Shown: positions 37,254 to 57,210 of the stretch, piece after piece | Layout of the letters: each line of letters starts with the position of its first letter | How positions within the stretch are numbered: position 1 is the first letter of the stretch | Assembly: GCF_964204865.1 (NCBI RefSeq) | Contig: NC_135253.1 | Location: forward strand, 3,472,001-3,536,000 | Reading direction: 5' to 3' | DNA: 64,000 nt | Source of the DNA: Styela clava | Taxonomy: Eukaryota | Notes under the pieces: generated by a model | Seen by the model: the letters and a program-made list of their open reading frames with translations, nothing else | Told to the model about the DNA's origin: nothing | The model's database searches: none | Translations under genes and position numbers: made by a program

Positions 37254-38914
37254 ACCGAAATTTGACTACATTTTTGGATTCGCATCGCTTTATTCTCCAG
37301 AGTAAACTATTTCAATATGTTAAAAACTCAGAAAAGTTTTTTGAAGTGTCAGAATTGACTGTGATACTGTGTTATAAAAGGCGCGCAAATATCTTCGGCT
37401 TGTCGCATCAATTTACTCATTTATCTATCTCATTTAAATCTATCGTCCAGAACGTACCGTAAAGTCATATGGAAGCTCATCATAAAATCATGTTTCTAAT
37501 CAGTTAGCCGTTAGTATATACGTATACTTATCTGTTCAATTGTAGCCTTGTAGGGTGTTAGACGTATACGTCTTTAATATAGGTAAGTTTGACACCTGAT
37601 TTTCCTATTTTCAGGTGGTTGACGATGGAGCCGAGTGACATGCCACAGTACGGATGAGTAAGAGAATGGTGTTCCATATGCAGAGCTTTGCATGGAATCA
37701 ACTATGATGACAGTTACAGTCCAAAATATAATAAGACGAACCCAGTTAGGCCCTTATTTACAGACTGAGTAGCCCCTAGAACTGTTGAACACTTAATAGA
37801 CTGGTATTACGGAGAAGATAATCCCGAGTGTTTTTCTAGGTAAAGTTACAGACCAGGCAAATTGGCTACAAAATTGGGGTGATTTGAACACTCTGCTTGA
37901 AAATGATGAATAATTAGGATTTGAGTTGAGAAAATAATTCAAATATTTCTATTTGCTTTCTACAAAGGCTTATAATAATGCGATGAGGCGGAGACACTGA
38001 TGAAATTGCTGGCTCCCTATGCACTATGCAAAAACTCAAGCTGTCTTTATCGAGGTTGTAATATTGACTCGTGTATAAGGCAGGATTGGAGTCTTCTGGC
38101 AGGTACATGCAATTGTCCCCTAAGTTTCTTAAGCCTCGAATCGACGTGGCTTATATGACGGGGAAATATTGACGGGATCGATGTATTTCAGCAGGTGCCC
38201 ATGGGAAAGCATTGAAGACCCCACATCATAAATTTAATAGAAACACATTATCATCTTTTCCAATACTCAAAGTAAAATATATTATATCTTCCACTGTTCG
38301 CAAAATTTATTGCTTCATGTACGACAATGAGAATAGTTGTAGTAAACTTCCACGATTTCATATTTCTATGCACGATTTTATTAACGATGACATTAAATAA
38401 AACAAAAGATATTCATCGTTATTACAAGTTTCCTATGTACTCAATATATAAACATGTAATGATGCTCCGAATGACAAAACGATTATTTGGAAGTGTTTAC
38501 TTTCTTACTCAATTCTTACCTCGTTATACGTGACAATATTAAATGTCTGTGGTGCCCTATTGTTTTGGATTAAAAGTAGAAAATAAGTGTTTAAATATAG
38601 GCTTATTTGCATTGTTCTGACCGTTTTAGTCATGGCTGGAGCTTACACCCGATATCTGTGTAATGCGATGCCGGTGAGATGCCGCCAAAGTGGCCTTCTT
38701 TTATTAACTGCGTAGCTTTTTTTCTTATTAGATCTTTAATTGATGATTTTTTTATTGGTTTGATTGATTTTTTATTGACTATTGATTTGCACTCGAAGGA
38801 CGTCAGTAGGAAAGATACATATATACACGTGAACAAAATAAAATAAATCATTTCAGACCGAGTGAGTGATCATTTTAAATCTTATAATTCAACCTCCGAA
38901 CGATTTCATTTATT

Positions 38915-40727
38915 CTACCCAACTGCGCTGACTGGTCCAGGACATGGCAAACTATTGTCAGCTTTTAAGACAAATTCATGTTGGCACCCATTTGGCAGAA
39001 GTATAGCTTCGCACTCGTCAGGTATGGTTGGATTTTCCATGCTAGAAATAGAATGTTTACGTTATTAATGTGGCCATTGGTAAAAACAGTACATTTTAAG
39101 ATGCTAGAAATAGCAATTACGTTATTAATATGGCCATTGGTACAAACAGTACTTTTTAAGATGCTAGAAATAGCAATTACGTTATTAATGTGGCCATTGG
39201 CAAACAGTACTTTTTAAGATTCAACAATGAAGTTTATGAGAAGCTTATTTAAATATGTTTTGACATGAGTTCAATTAATTTACAATGCATTGACTTCAAT
39301 TTCGCTTTAAACTATAATAAATAAATTATGTAATTATACAGTATGTGATTTAAGGCAGATAAGGGAATCTTGGATGAAAGAGAACTCAAGTGGCAGCTTT
39401 AAACACTGGATTCTATTGTAACCATATGAGCAACTTGATAGCCTTAGCAAGTAAGGGGCAAGAATTTTAATGTGGTTGGTCGACCCAAAGAGTTTGTGAT
39501 ATGGGTTGCTTCAAGCGACTTTGGTAAACGCGTGCGTACGGCAATCCGCGAAGTACTGTAGTCCACGGAATCTGCATTACAATCACTGATTTCACAAAAC
39601 GTCACCCTGGCCTTTTCCAAGTGATTCAGAACAGAAATTCGTTTCATCGATAACGTACAACAAAAGTAAAAAGTCGATCGCCATTATGATTAAATATAGT
39701 TTATCAGTGAATTTATAAAAAAAATGTATATTTTTTGCAACCTTTTATGGAATTTGAAAAACAATGCGCAAGTGAAAATTTCATTAAAATGCACTATGAA
39801 GTTGCATAAAGTGTAATTTACAATTTTATTCAACTTACTTGTTACAGCATGACCATGCAACAGAGTCCACGATTCGATAAACAACGAACACTTCAGACCG
39901 TTCATCTTTGTTTTTATCAGTTACAGTTGTGAAGCCAAATGGACAAGATGTTGGGTAGATATTTTCAAGATTTATAAAATAAGTTTTCGTTTCCTTGGTT
40001 GTTGGCAATGTATTTTGTACAGGAAGAGTGCAGTTTAAATAAGTCTGAAAAACGATTAAATTGATAAACATGAGATGCATGTTGTATCTATAATTGTCCC
40101 CTTCCACAAGTATAAAAGTATCCTTGTTTCGTCGATGTAAATAATGGTTGTTCTATCTTATGATGACAGTTACGTGATTCGGGACTCTGGAAGGTCGATA
40201 TTAAGTTCTCTTCTTAGATTAGCAATAGTTAAAAATTTCATTCCCAAAGTTCATTTTGTCCTTACGCTTATTGCGATACACATGCATCGTTGTTTAGATT
40301 TAGAACACCACAAATCCTGAGGCATTTTGTATGATATAATATTTTTTTTATAAACAAATGCAACGGTAAAAGTTGGCGGAAGTCAGACATAAATATTACA
40401 TATCGAACCTTCCCGTATGGCATATGTCGATTTGAATGCTAATCTTTCGCGACGTTATAAAACTATAGCACTGTTAGTACCGTGACATTTTGATATTGAT
40501 GTAAAATTGTAAATACGCACCTCATACGTTACTGGATCGCAGCTACATTCAAGGCAGGGACCACTGTTCCATTTTTGTCCTACATGATGAAACTGCGTGA
40601 ACGTCATTGAATCAGTTTTTGTAGTATGCAAACACCCTTGACCCAGTTGAGTTTCTCCGTGATTGCATGCTGCGTTGACACAAGCAAATGTAACAATCCA
40701 AACAGAAATCAAGATGGAGTTTTTCAT
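38915..40727 (-). CDS. Secreted beta-microseminoprotein-like protein, type 1, copy 2 (179 aa)
   Basis: Minus-strand exons 40727-40521, 40044-39839, 39041-38915; frame and splice sites intact. Confidence 0.88.
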
Positions 40728-43058
40728 TCTGGATATTTTTGATGAAAATGAACACTGTATCATACAATCAACCGTAGCACCCAACTCAATTATGTAGACG
40801 TTATGCATTGCAACGCAGATTTATACTTTTCCATTTGTTACGTCACATCGACAGAAAAATTAATCGTAGACAAGAGAAAGTGCCTATGACGACGCTAATA
40901 AAAAAATCACAAACACATTAGTAAACAATGTTCTGCTGAATTCTAATTTTAGTTCGCAACTGCTTCTCACACACGAATCAATTTAATCCTACATTCTGCA
41001 AAAATTGGAAAGATCCAATTCGGTTTACCGAATCGTGACAAGGTATAATTTAAGCTCGTAGCGTCCCAATGGTTCCAAGCAAACGTGATCTTATCCCCGT
41101 GTTGTTCGAAATTATATATAGTTCCCGATAGTTTCCTGGTCGCTCTTCTGCCGAGGTGTACCGTCAGATAATAGTGTATTCAACGGGACAGGCACTGAAT
41201 AGACGCTCTTGCAATAGAATCGTGAACGATATATTCTGACCAGGAAGTGATTTAGAATTTATCATTGTCAAATTTTATTAACCAGCAATACTGGTACTTC
41301 AATTGTTTTTTTTTTGTGTTTTAGTGCTTAGCAATACAGTTAGCGATATTCTTTTGAATTGAAAGCCACAGGAGATAAACACGCGATAAACTAATCATTT
41401 TTTAATCAATTGTACAATATAAAGATGATTTGTACCTGAGATGCCGGTTAAAATGAATAGTGACCGAACCATCTAAAATCGGTCAACCGATTGATCATTC
41501 CAAGCTTTAACTATTACGGGTGGACGACTTTGAACGAATGACTATGGTCGATGAATGTCATTTCATAGTTACTATTTCACAGCTATCCTAATAGCATTAA
41601 TTCATAACTCGGTATAGAAAGAAAGAAATAATTAATACTTCAATCGTTGTGTCTTTTTTTTTATATAGTATTTGTTTTTGCAAAGCAAGGCTTGAATAAC
41701 ACTTAACTGGCTAGCAATGAGTTACAGTTAAGCTGGCCCTTAGGGCTCCATGGAAACATGGAATAAACATCCTTATCAGATTATTAGTAGAACAAAATTA
41801 ACCGAGTACGGTATTTCCATTTGTCAATCATGTAATTCGGTTGAACAGACCTCAGCGACTATTCGACTTAGCTCAAGTGTAAATGCAAATGGAAGCGCAT
41901 TAAATTACTGCCAACTTCAATTAATGTTAAACTGAAATCTTTTTATTGCAGCTTCATGGAAGATGTATCATATAGTGGGAAAGTCCTACAAAGACCTGAG
42001 GCATTATTCGTGCATACTTAGAATAGAAACATCGTACTTTATTATTAGTGTGTCTAACTTAAAATAGATCATAATTATTTGTTAGGTTTTCATGTAAAGC
42101 TTGTCGCAAAATATTTGCAAGAATTCTTGACGTCATCTGAATGATATCACATATAAATCACTGTCTATGTTTTGAATAATTGTTTCAATTTCACCAGAAA
42201 AATATTAATTTTGTGATAAATTAGAATTTCAGTTTCCACCATGGTAACAATAACAACGATAACATAACTAGATTGTTTTGAAAATTGCACACTTGACATT
42301 TTTCTGTGAAAATGATTTGACTTGACTTACACATTTGAACAAGTTTGCATGAAAGTGTTTAAAGCAAATGAAGTGCAAGCTGGTATGATTAAATGCAAAT
42401 CAAGTAGAGGAAATGATATTTCAAATTTGTCCGTCCTAGCACAATATGGTACTTGTCGCTTCCAACTGAACCCCACATAGACCTGATTGGCTCCGCAATT
42501 CTTTTTTAAAATAATGATCTGAGATATATTTTTAATACTTTTGGTATCACTTCAGCAATAAAAGTGCTGGCCATAGTTTAGCCGTATGTGATGTACGAGA
42601 GTCATACGTAATGAATTGAAACTAAAGCAGCATAAGTGGCTCACTCTCTCCGCATTGAAAATCCCAATTGCTCTGTGGTCTCATAAGATGACGCTTTTTC
42701 CTAAAATACCAAATATTGTGCTCTAAAAATATCTTTCCGGTGTTCACAAATTCGAATTGAGCTAATTTATCTTGGTCATTAATTAATACTCTTACTGATT
42801 CTCGGGAAAACGAAAACAGAGTGTTCACGACGGGCTGTCTCGAAAACAAAAATCGTCACTTTCGTTCTAATAACAAACGTAAACACCGTCGCGTCGCATA
42901 TTTTTGTGCCACGGAAAATATATAAAAGACCTGCGTTCACATCAAACGAAACATAACTTCAAACAGTCCTGTATAAACCAGTCAAAAGAAGCGTTTGTCG
43001 TAATATCAAATTGCATTGTATTAATTCGCACGTATTAGATTTTTTTACTTCAAGTACA

Positions 43059-43934
43059 ATGGAAAGTTGCATCAAGAACGCAGTTTTCGTAACTATAATC
43101 TCATTCGCGATTTTTGTTCGCATAAACGCCAGTTGCGAATACGACATATTCGAAGACGATTGGTGTAAACATACTGTAAAAACCGCTACAATGAGATCTA
43201 CAATGTTTTACCGAGCTGGTGAAAAGTGGAAAGATGGGCCGTGCGTTGATTGCAGTTGCGGTCCGGAGACTTACAAGGTATGTATCATTACAATGATATT
43301 AATAATTGTTTGGAAAATGAGAAAGTTTGATGATTTTTTTTTGTTAATTTTCGCAGACTGTCCTGAACTGCTCGCTGGAAGTGGAAAATGGAAAGGCAAG
43401 ATCTGATGAAGCCGAATCCTATTTTATAAATATTGATAATGTGTATCCAACATCATGTCCGTTTGGTTTCACCGAAATTACAACAGAAAACAGAGATCTG
43501 GCATCTCAAATGTTTATAGTCTATCGAGTTGTTGACACAGTTTCCAAAACGTGCTGTACCAGGTGAGTGATGTTAAAATTAAATCACTGAGCCATGTAAT
43601 ATATATGAATACTTTCTACTAAGCACATATGTAACAGTAAATTCTTTAGTTTACAAACAATGACGCCGACAAGCGTCATGTGCGATAGTAACCTTCGCAA
43701 ATTGGAGTTCAGAAAGCAAAAATGTGAAACAGGATTCCTATTACTACAAGTTCATACTACAATATCATATTTTGTTTAAACTCTAACGTATCGCGATTAT
43801 GTTTTTGCAGAATGAATCCGAGTGAAATCCCCGAAGAATGTGAAGCAATACGCTCCGACGAATGCGAATATAAATTTGTTCTGAAATCGAACAATGGTAT
43901 TCCATGTCCTGGACCAATTTGGATGTCTGGATAA
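43059..43934 (+). CDS. Secreted beta-microseminoprotein-like protein, type 2, copy 2 (182 aa)
   Basis: Exons 43059-43277, 43357-43562, 43811-43934. Mature chain matches copy 1 except F to W near the C-terminus. Confidence 0.9.
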
Positions 43935-44605
43935 AGAAAGAAACATGTCGATAAACTATGAAAATAATTGACATGATAGAAACAAAGCGTTAATTTATAT
44001 CTTAACCTTTCCGTTATATTATTGTGAAATTGTGAAAAGAAATCAAATTTGGGTGATTTTAATATCTTGCTTATATATAACAATATCCGTAATGGTTTAT
44101 AAATAAATGTTCTATTGCATCCAATGCGTTTCTATTGCTGTGACAATTGATAGATGCAAAAATACATGTTTCGTGCCTTTATGTCGAAGTTTTGTGTTAC
44201 ATCCTTCGAGGGCCTTATGAAAATACGCAAAAACTTTTCAAACAAGCCGCCATTTAGTGTCATCGAAAAAGCATCTCGTAGAATAGGATTGTTATACTTC
44301 CCAGAAAAGAAGAAAACCGACAAGACATAGTATAATTATATAGCAAACCTTTTGTCCAGTCACTTACTTCATTTAGGTATAAAAAATCCGGATGTATTGT
44401 GTACTGAACTGTAAGTTCTTTTGTTCTTTTTCCTTGTTCCTATTTCGGATCCGCATGTGTCTGTTGCCACAAGGATGCTTGACTGAGAGAGTATTATAAA
44501 GATAAATTGGAATAACATAATCTCTTTCCACGGAATAGCAAGTAAAAAAAAAACCGCTCAATTGTTTGTTCCCTGAATATGGGAATATGAGAACCACGAG
44601 AAACG

Positions 44606-46570
44606 TTGTACTACGTTTCCCACTTGACACGTGGTACAAGTGGGATGAGTGGGACACGTGGTACAGTGGGACACGTGGGACAAGTGGTACAAGTGGGACA
44701 CGTGGGACAAGTGGTACACGTGACACAAGTGGGACACGTGGGACAAGTGGTACACGTGGGACAAGTGACACAAGTGGGACACGTAGGACAAGTGGGACAC
44801 GACATTTTTGAGACACCCCCACTTGTACCACATGTCCCACTTCCACCACCTGTCCCACTCGTACCGCATGTCCCACTTCAACCATGTCGCACTTGTACCA
44901 CGTGTCCCACTTGTCCTACTTGCCTCACGTGTACCACTTTCCCCGGGAGGGCCAGATAAAGATAACTGAGTAAAACCGCGGGTCGCACTTTCATTCAACA
45001 TAGGCTTTCTGGTAATAGCAAGCACAAAAGTTTTGGTTATTGATGACATGGGTAACAAATTATAACATAGTTTATAAGTGCCGGAATATAGCCGGGTTGA
45101 TATCGGATAGGTACCGACATGGACGCAGCCAAAATTTTTGGTGGTGAAATTAAAACAGAGCACACAAAGTACAATTCACGACGACGTAAGGTAAGGCGTT
45201 TAATAAACTGAAAAGAATGCGTCGTTCACAGCAAAATTCCACAGTTACGTGTAGCCCGCCTCTTTTTCTTTGCCTGGCGGTTTATGGAGAATATTTTGCA
45301 AGTCCTATTTCAAATATCGACCGTAGTCAGCAGTACCCGCATTTGAAAATGGAACATTAGAAATCGTAAAAATTAATTTTGGAGGGAGGTTCAACTCGCG
45401 AATGTCAGTAGCGTCAAAATCGTTCATAAGTACAAAATCACGCCCGCATGTAGCAACGATCAAATGCATTAAATGTGAAACTATTACTTGAATTTTAATG
45501 TTGGACAAATTGATTTTTAATTGGCATTCAATGATAATTAACATGCGCCGTAATTAGTGGTGGGCAAACAGTTTTTTTAGTCAAGTTATTCGAATATTTT
45601 CAACGAACACAACACCGAATAATGAGTATTGTCATTTCAAACAACCGTAATTGGGATGTCGGCCGCTGAAACGATCGCCGCAACAATTTTATTTTTCGGA
45701 ATTTACTTGAAGACTGAAAACTTTTTATTTCGCGTTTTTTTATTTCCTAATTTTGTCATAATCCAAGGCCGCAGTAAATATTTTTGTCACCGCGATCCTT
45801 CCGGCGGCTTGACATCCCAATTAATGATGATAAACTATATTAAAGCACTTTTCATTTACTAGTTCATATTAATTCTCATGCAACGGCAGATATTGTAGTT
45901 TGTCCTTTATTTTTTTGGACAGAAATTTGATTTTTAAGGAGTGCATTCACAACACAAATTAATTTTATGCTGCTTGTTAATTTTTTTGTAGGATTTTATC
46001 ACAGTTTGTAATTTGAGGTCCCAATTTTAAGCGAACAGTATTACTGATCCCGGAATGCGATATTTGTGAAGCTGATAGTTGAATTTTTTATGCTTTTAAT
46101 TTTATATCGTGTTCGTGGTACTTTCGTATTAAATAATAATAATTAAAAACTCCGCAAAATCGTAATCTCTTGAATACTCAGTGTTGAGAATTTACGTAAC
46201 TCAGCTTTGAAATAAAACACTGATACTAAACACTTGAATAAATCGGCAATAATGGCATTTCTACGTGGTCAAAATAATATTTCTCCCCATCCCCAATATC
46301 TTCCATAGAATACAAAATTCACCAGTCGTACTTATCTGGTTCGACAATTCTAAATTTACAAAAACGGTGTTGGCGCGCTTTATTCAAAATTAGAAATTAA
46401 AAACTCTCACACGTAACTCGTTCTAAATTAATGGTAATAAATTCTAATTTGCTTTTCAATGCGCTGTGATTTGTATAATTAAAGTGATTGAATCAGGAAT
46501 AGAGGGAAGGAAACACGCTTTACTGAATTGCAAGTGGGACACGTGTGACAAGTGGGGCAAGTAGAACAAG
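44606..46570. mobile_element. Older, inverted foldback-family copy with a nested arm remnant
   Basis: 9-bp arrays at 44606-44945 (intact terminus cgacatttttgagacaccc at ~44800-44818) and 46531-46570. Internal 44975-45490 and 46240-46530 are reverse-complement homologs of ~29170-29680 and ~28800-29155. Confidence 0.85.
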
Positions 46571-46729
46571 GTTAAGAACAGCCGCGGGAAACTAGCTCAA
46601 ATATCTTAATTGTCCATACAATGGCAAATAATCGGTGTGTCAAGATATAGTAGTGGTCTGATGTTTATGGGTGTCTATAGGCGTAGGCCCACAATCGCGC
46701 AATCTAAAAAATCAGTAAATAATCTAGAC

Positions 46730-47409
46730 CCGTGATTCCCAACCTTTTTCAGTTCGCGGCCCAATTTTATTGCCATTTTTGTGATACCCACAATGAGATG
46801 TTGATATATGAATAAAGAAACAATTTATCCCCAAGAAATTTACTATTAATGCGAAACTTGCATATTGTATTGAGGAGACAAGCTCACACGCAACGTAGCA
46901 TCAACGCCCAATACATTGTGCTTTTGGCTCAAAGTTATTTCATGCCTTAATGAAACCACATTTATTGTAATCAGAGTCATATTTTCTCACTACTTTTCGG
47001 ACTTTCTTTCATTTTTTCATCTACTTCGTACCTTTTCTTTCAAAAAATTATTCATTTTGTGGCTTACAAATATATATCAAACAAAGTTAGGGTGTTGAAA
47101 TAAAGTGTACTAACTCTGTTTAGCCAGTATTTAAAAAGCAACTCATTGGACAGTTCACCAATTACATATATCGGTGTCTTTGCTACTGACTACACGAATT
47201 CAACAAATTACTAATCTGCCTAAAAGTCTACCTACAGTTTACTACAGGTAGGGGTGTACTGAATTTATTAACGAGACGCAACGAATAATTCCAACTGTTA
47301 CATCGTTTCGTAGTTGTTACTTGAAGATAATGGCACAATTTCCCGATCTAATTGTAAACTATATTTAACATTTAGAAATACTTCGCAACCCACAGGCTGG
47401 GAAGCACTG
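46730..47409. mobile_element. Degenerate hAT-like MITE
   Basis: Ends ccgtgattcccaacc / ggctgggaagcactg; TSD only 5/8 matching. Confidence 0.45.
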
Positions 47410-47527
47410 TTCCAAACAGTCTTTAGCAAATGTTTAGAAAACTAACTTGTTTGCCTTCTGAGGATGTATTTTTCGGATTCGTTGACCTTAAAATAAATTT
47501 AAAGCAGTGCTCTATGATCATCTACTG

Positions 47528-48401
47528 CAGTGGTTCTTAAAGTATGGGTCGCGACCCAAACATGGGTCGCGGAAGGTTTAAAATGGGTCGCGACGAGGTC
47601 GTCAATGCAAGGGCAATCTAAGAGGAGAAGGAAGAATTTTCAGCTTTCCCAATGTTTCAATTTAGCTTCTAAACTCCTGTATTTAAAAATAATAAAAAAT
47701 AAAATTTCATTCACGGAAAGAACTGTCTTGAGCTCATTGTTACATCACAATTCTGATATGCCAGTCACGCGTATTATTTTTACGGTATCGGTAACCATGC
47801 ACGTCGCTTGTCGTTGTGTTGACCGCGTGGAATGGTGTCTTAGTGGATTAAAATAACCAAAAATGGGTGTCTTTTTGGTAATGTAAATTGTAATAGACGA
47901 CGCAATGAAAAAGCTCGCTTCTCGACATTAGATTATTCAATATCTAGAGAAAATGTGACTTCATCTCAAGGCACCATTTACCGCGAACGAAGCAGTGTGT
48001 GCACATTTGATGAGTAAAAAGTTGTATATTGCGAGAGATACCGAAGGCCAGCTAAGATGTCGTGTTTGCGACGGACAGCGGACGCCTTTTCTGCTACAAT
48101 TCGCGACAAGGCACTTGTGCGAGCGAGGATATTTGGCACTGACGGTTATCAAAACTAAGCTCGCAATCGCCTCGATACCCGTGACAACCTGCGTATTGCG
48201 TTAAGTAAAATAGAGCTGTGTATTGAAATTTCAGTTTCATCAATCTCACTGAGTCAATGGACTGTTTCTAATAAATAGTTGTCTGTATTTGAGTCAAACT
48301 GTACTAACATTAAAAACACATTTTGCGTTATTTAGGATTGGGTCGCGAGTATTCATAAAACTCAGATTTGGGTCGCGCTCGAAAAAGTTTAAGAACCACT
48401 G
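47528..48401. mobile_element. hAT (Charlie-like) MITE, 874 bp
   Basis: TIRs cagtggttcttaaa / tttaagaaccactg, perfect 8-bp TSD atctactg, repeated tgggtcgcg subterminal motifs. Confidence 0.92.
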
Positions 48402-48834
48402 ATCTACTGAAATGAATATGAATTAAACGAAGCCAAAATTAACCTCAGAGCATTGTGGATGTAGAGTTCCAGATAGAAAATAAAATTCAATGTTCGAATC
48501 CGCTAGTCGGCACTATTACGTTTGCCTGTACACTTGCGGTCATATAATGTTCTGCATAATAGTACGGACCTTGGATCAAGGTTTATATTACGATTTATCA
48601 GCATAGCAAAATTGTGGTATCTTTATTTATAATTTATACAGCACACTAAATCATATGTATTTATTTTGCTTGAATTTAAATTGCCCAAGAAGGTATTTAA
48701 CAGATCTCTAGATATGTTGCATAAAGATTGAAGAACATAAAAAGTAGACATATTAATATTTCTATTCAGTAGAAAATTCGAGTACAAAAATTGACATGTA
48801 ACTTCAATCTTATTTCATGACGCTGCAAAATCCA

Positions 48835-48853
48835 TCACGTGACAGGAGATTGG
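48835..48853. promoter_or_regulatory. E-box (TCACGTGAC) plus inverted CCAAT box upstream of HHIP-like copy 1
   Basis: tcacgtgac at 48835-48843 and attgg at 48849-48853, ~110 bp before the ATG. Motif match only. Confidence 0.35.
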
Positions 48854-48957
48854 TTGCATCCGACATAAACAGGTATCGGATTTTGAACGCCAAAGGCTAT
48901 ATCTAACCTAGTTCAAGTTTATGTAAGTGACCGTTGCAAATAAATAAAGAATAGTTC

Positions 48958-55512
<6,555 letters not shown>

Positions 55513-55624
55513 ACGTTTTGTATTGTATTCATGCAAAGCGTAAAATTGTAGAGTAATTGTAAGGACAATTATTGCGCTAGTTATTGTATACTGTATAACT
55601 TTAGACTAGTACTAGTATGCATTA

Positions 55625-57210
55625 CACTGGGCGCCAAAAACTTTTTTTCATGGTGCCTAAGATGTTTTAACCGTTTTGGGCAAATTGAGGGCGCTGATCC
55701 AGAAATGCTGTTACCTTTTCACTATCAGGTCTATTTTTTCTTCTATGGTATATACCTCTCTGCAGGATGCCGAAAGCTACAATAAAGATAGGCACAACAT
55801 TTTTCTGTAATTTTATTGAACATATTCATGAAATCTCACTAAAATATTTACAATTAAAGCTGGAAGTTGTTATAAATGCTAACTAATAGATGTCCTCAGC
55901 TATAAATAGACGTTTTACTGATTTTCTAAAATGGGAGGCCACGGAATCATTGCGCTTGATAGACTAACAGTTGTCTGCAAGCATGATGGCATCACAACGA
56001 CCTTGATAGCAAACTTTCATGCCGCTTATATCTTGATGAAAGGGCTCCCCTTGCCCATCATTCATATAACTTAGATTTTCTGGAAAACGGGCAAGATGGC
56101 TGTGCAAAATATGCAACTTGATGCTTATATTTGCACCACGTTGACGGAGACTTGTGAGTAGTTTTTAAACAAGCTCTTTGTAATTGGGCTGATTTTGGCC
56201 TGTGATTTTCCCCAAAATTTTTTTACCACATTTGTCAACGACGTCCATGGATTCATAAAATTACAGAAAGTTTCGTCCTTCATTAACATTCGAATCTGGG
56301 TTCCATCAAAAATTTCAGCTTTTAGTTTTTCTGCGGTTAGACCTGGAAATTTCCTGCAAATATATATACTTGAACCTGTTTCTCGAGAGCATTCACAAAC
56401 TGCTAAGCTTTATGTGAAGAGAAGGAAACTCAATTTTGGAACGTTCAGCCCTAGGAGGAGCCAGAATTGTGAAGAAAAACACTGTTTATAAAAAGGCGGC
56501 AACGTCGTTGCAATATACTAAGTCGTTTTCTTGAGTAAAAATAATGACAAGAGTTCAATAAGAAGCTGGAAATTCAAGAGATTTTTTGGAAAAGTTGAAA
56601 TCTCTAGTCCGATCATTAAGTTATCAATGAGAAAAAGACTATAGAAGTGAAGAAGAGGAAAAACCGACATCTGAAACAGCGCATTCACTACTATCAGGGG
56701 ACAAAACGGAGGTTTGGTCTTCTTCAGAGCCAGACAATTCCAATTCGAGCAAGCCTACACACACTGAAAAATGAATTTCATTGCATTGAGGAATTTGCCT
56801 CATTGCAGACTCGAAGTTTGGATAAACTAGCGATCTCCTGTTCTCCCTATTGATTCCCTTCGTGTTTACTGCACAGAAGTAGCAGTCATTAAAATATTTT
56901 TTCGAGACCATTGGAATACCAAAGCGGAGTGACTTTCTATCCTTTTTGTCCACTGTGGAAGATGCTCAACACATTGCTTGCATACAATATATAACCTGAA
57001 TATAGTATATATATATACCAGGTTAGGGTTATTAGGTTGTGCGCCATCTTGGCGCACACACTACCCAAGCACTAAAAAGATATAAAATAGCAAATATTTC
57101 AACAAATTGATCTGATGAGAAAAAACTAGTATGATTTTCGTACTCAGCACCCTAAAGTTTACCTAAATCAGCTTAGAAACCTTGGACGCCAAAAAATGTG
57201 TTGGACAGGG
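55625..57210 (-). mobile_element. Chapaev3-like (CMC) DNA transposon relic with degenerate transposase
   Basis: tta|CACTGGGC terminus. Minus-strand remnants LRFGIPMV...NDCYFCAVNTKGINRENRRSLVYPN, KFPGLTAEKLKAEIFDGTQIR and NISIKLHILHSHLARFPENL..NDGQGEPFHQDI...YQGR....MLADNC. Other end degenerate; family assignment is from motif recall. Confidence 0.75.

Larger units (their letters stand above)
28009..37843 (+). pseudogene. Fucosyltransferase copy C pseudogene
   Basis: Lacks promoter and first ~26 codons. Exon 1 split by a 4.3-kb insertion (28009-28050 + 32356-32659). Other exons 33276-33374, 33727-33800, 34056-34175, 35916-36449, 37615-37843. In-frame TGA at 34081, 37655 and 37766. Confidence 0.93.
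28009..44800 (+). repeat. Segmental tandem duplication, unit 2
   Basis: Begins catggagattacaatggtg (= 12561) and ends in the same 9-bp array flank (gagaaccacgagaaacgttgta...) as unit 1. Confidence 0.92.

Noticed and set aside
34081-37768. Selenocysteine or UGA-readthrough version of FUT C
   Set aside because: The TGAs replace Trp, Arg and Gly rather than Cys, no SECIS was recognised, and the gene also lacks its start and TM segment.
48490-48515. tRNA or tRNA-SINE (gttcgaatcc B-box)
   Set aside because: No A-box or cloverleaf could be built.
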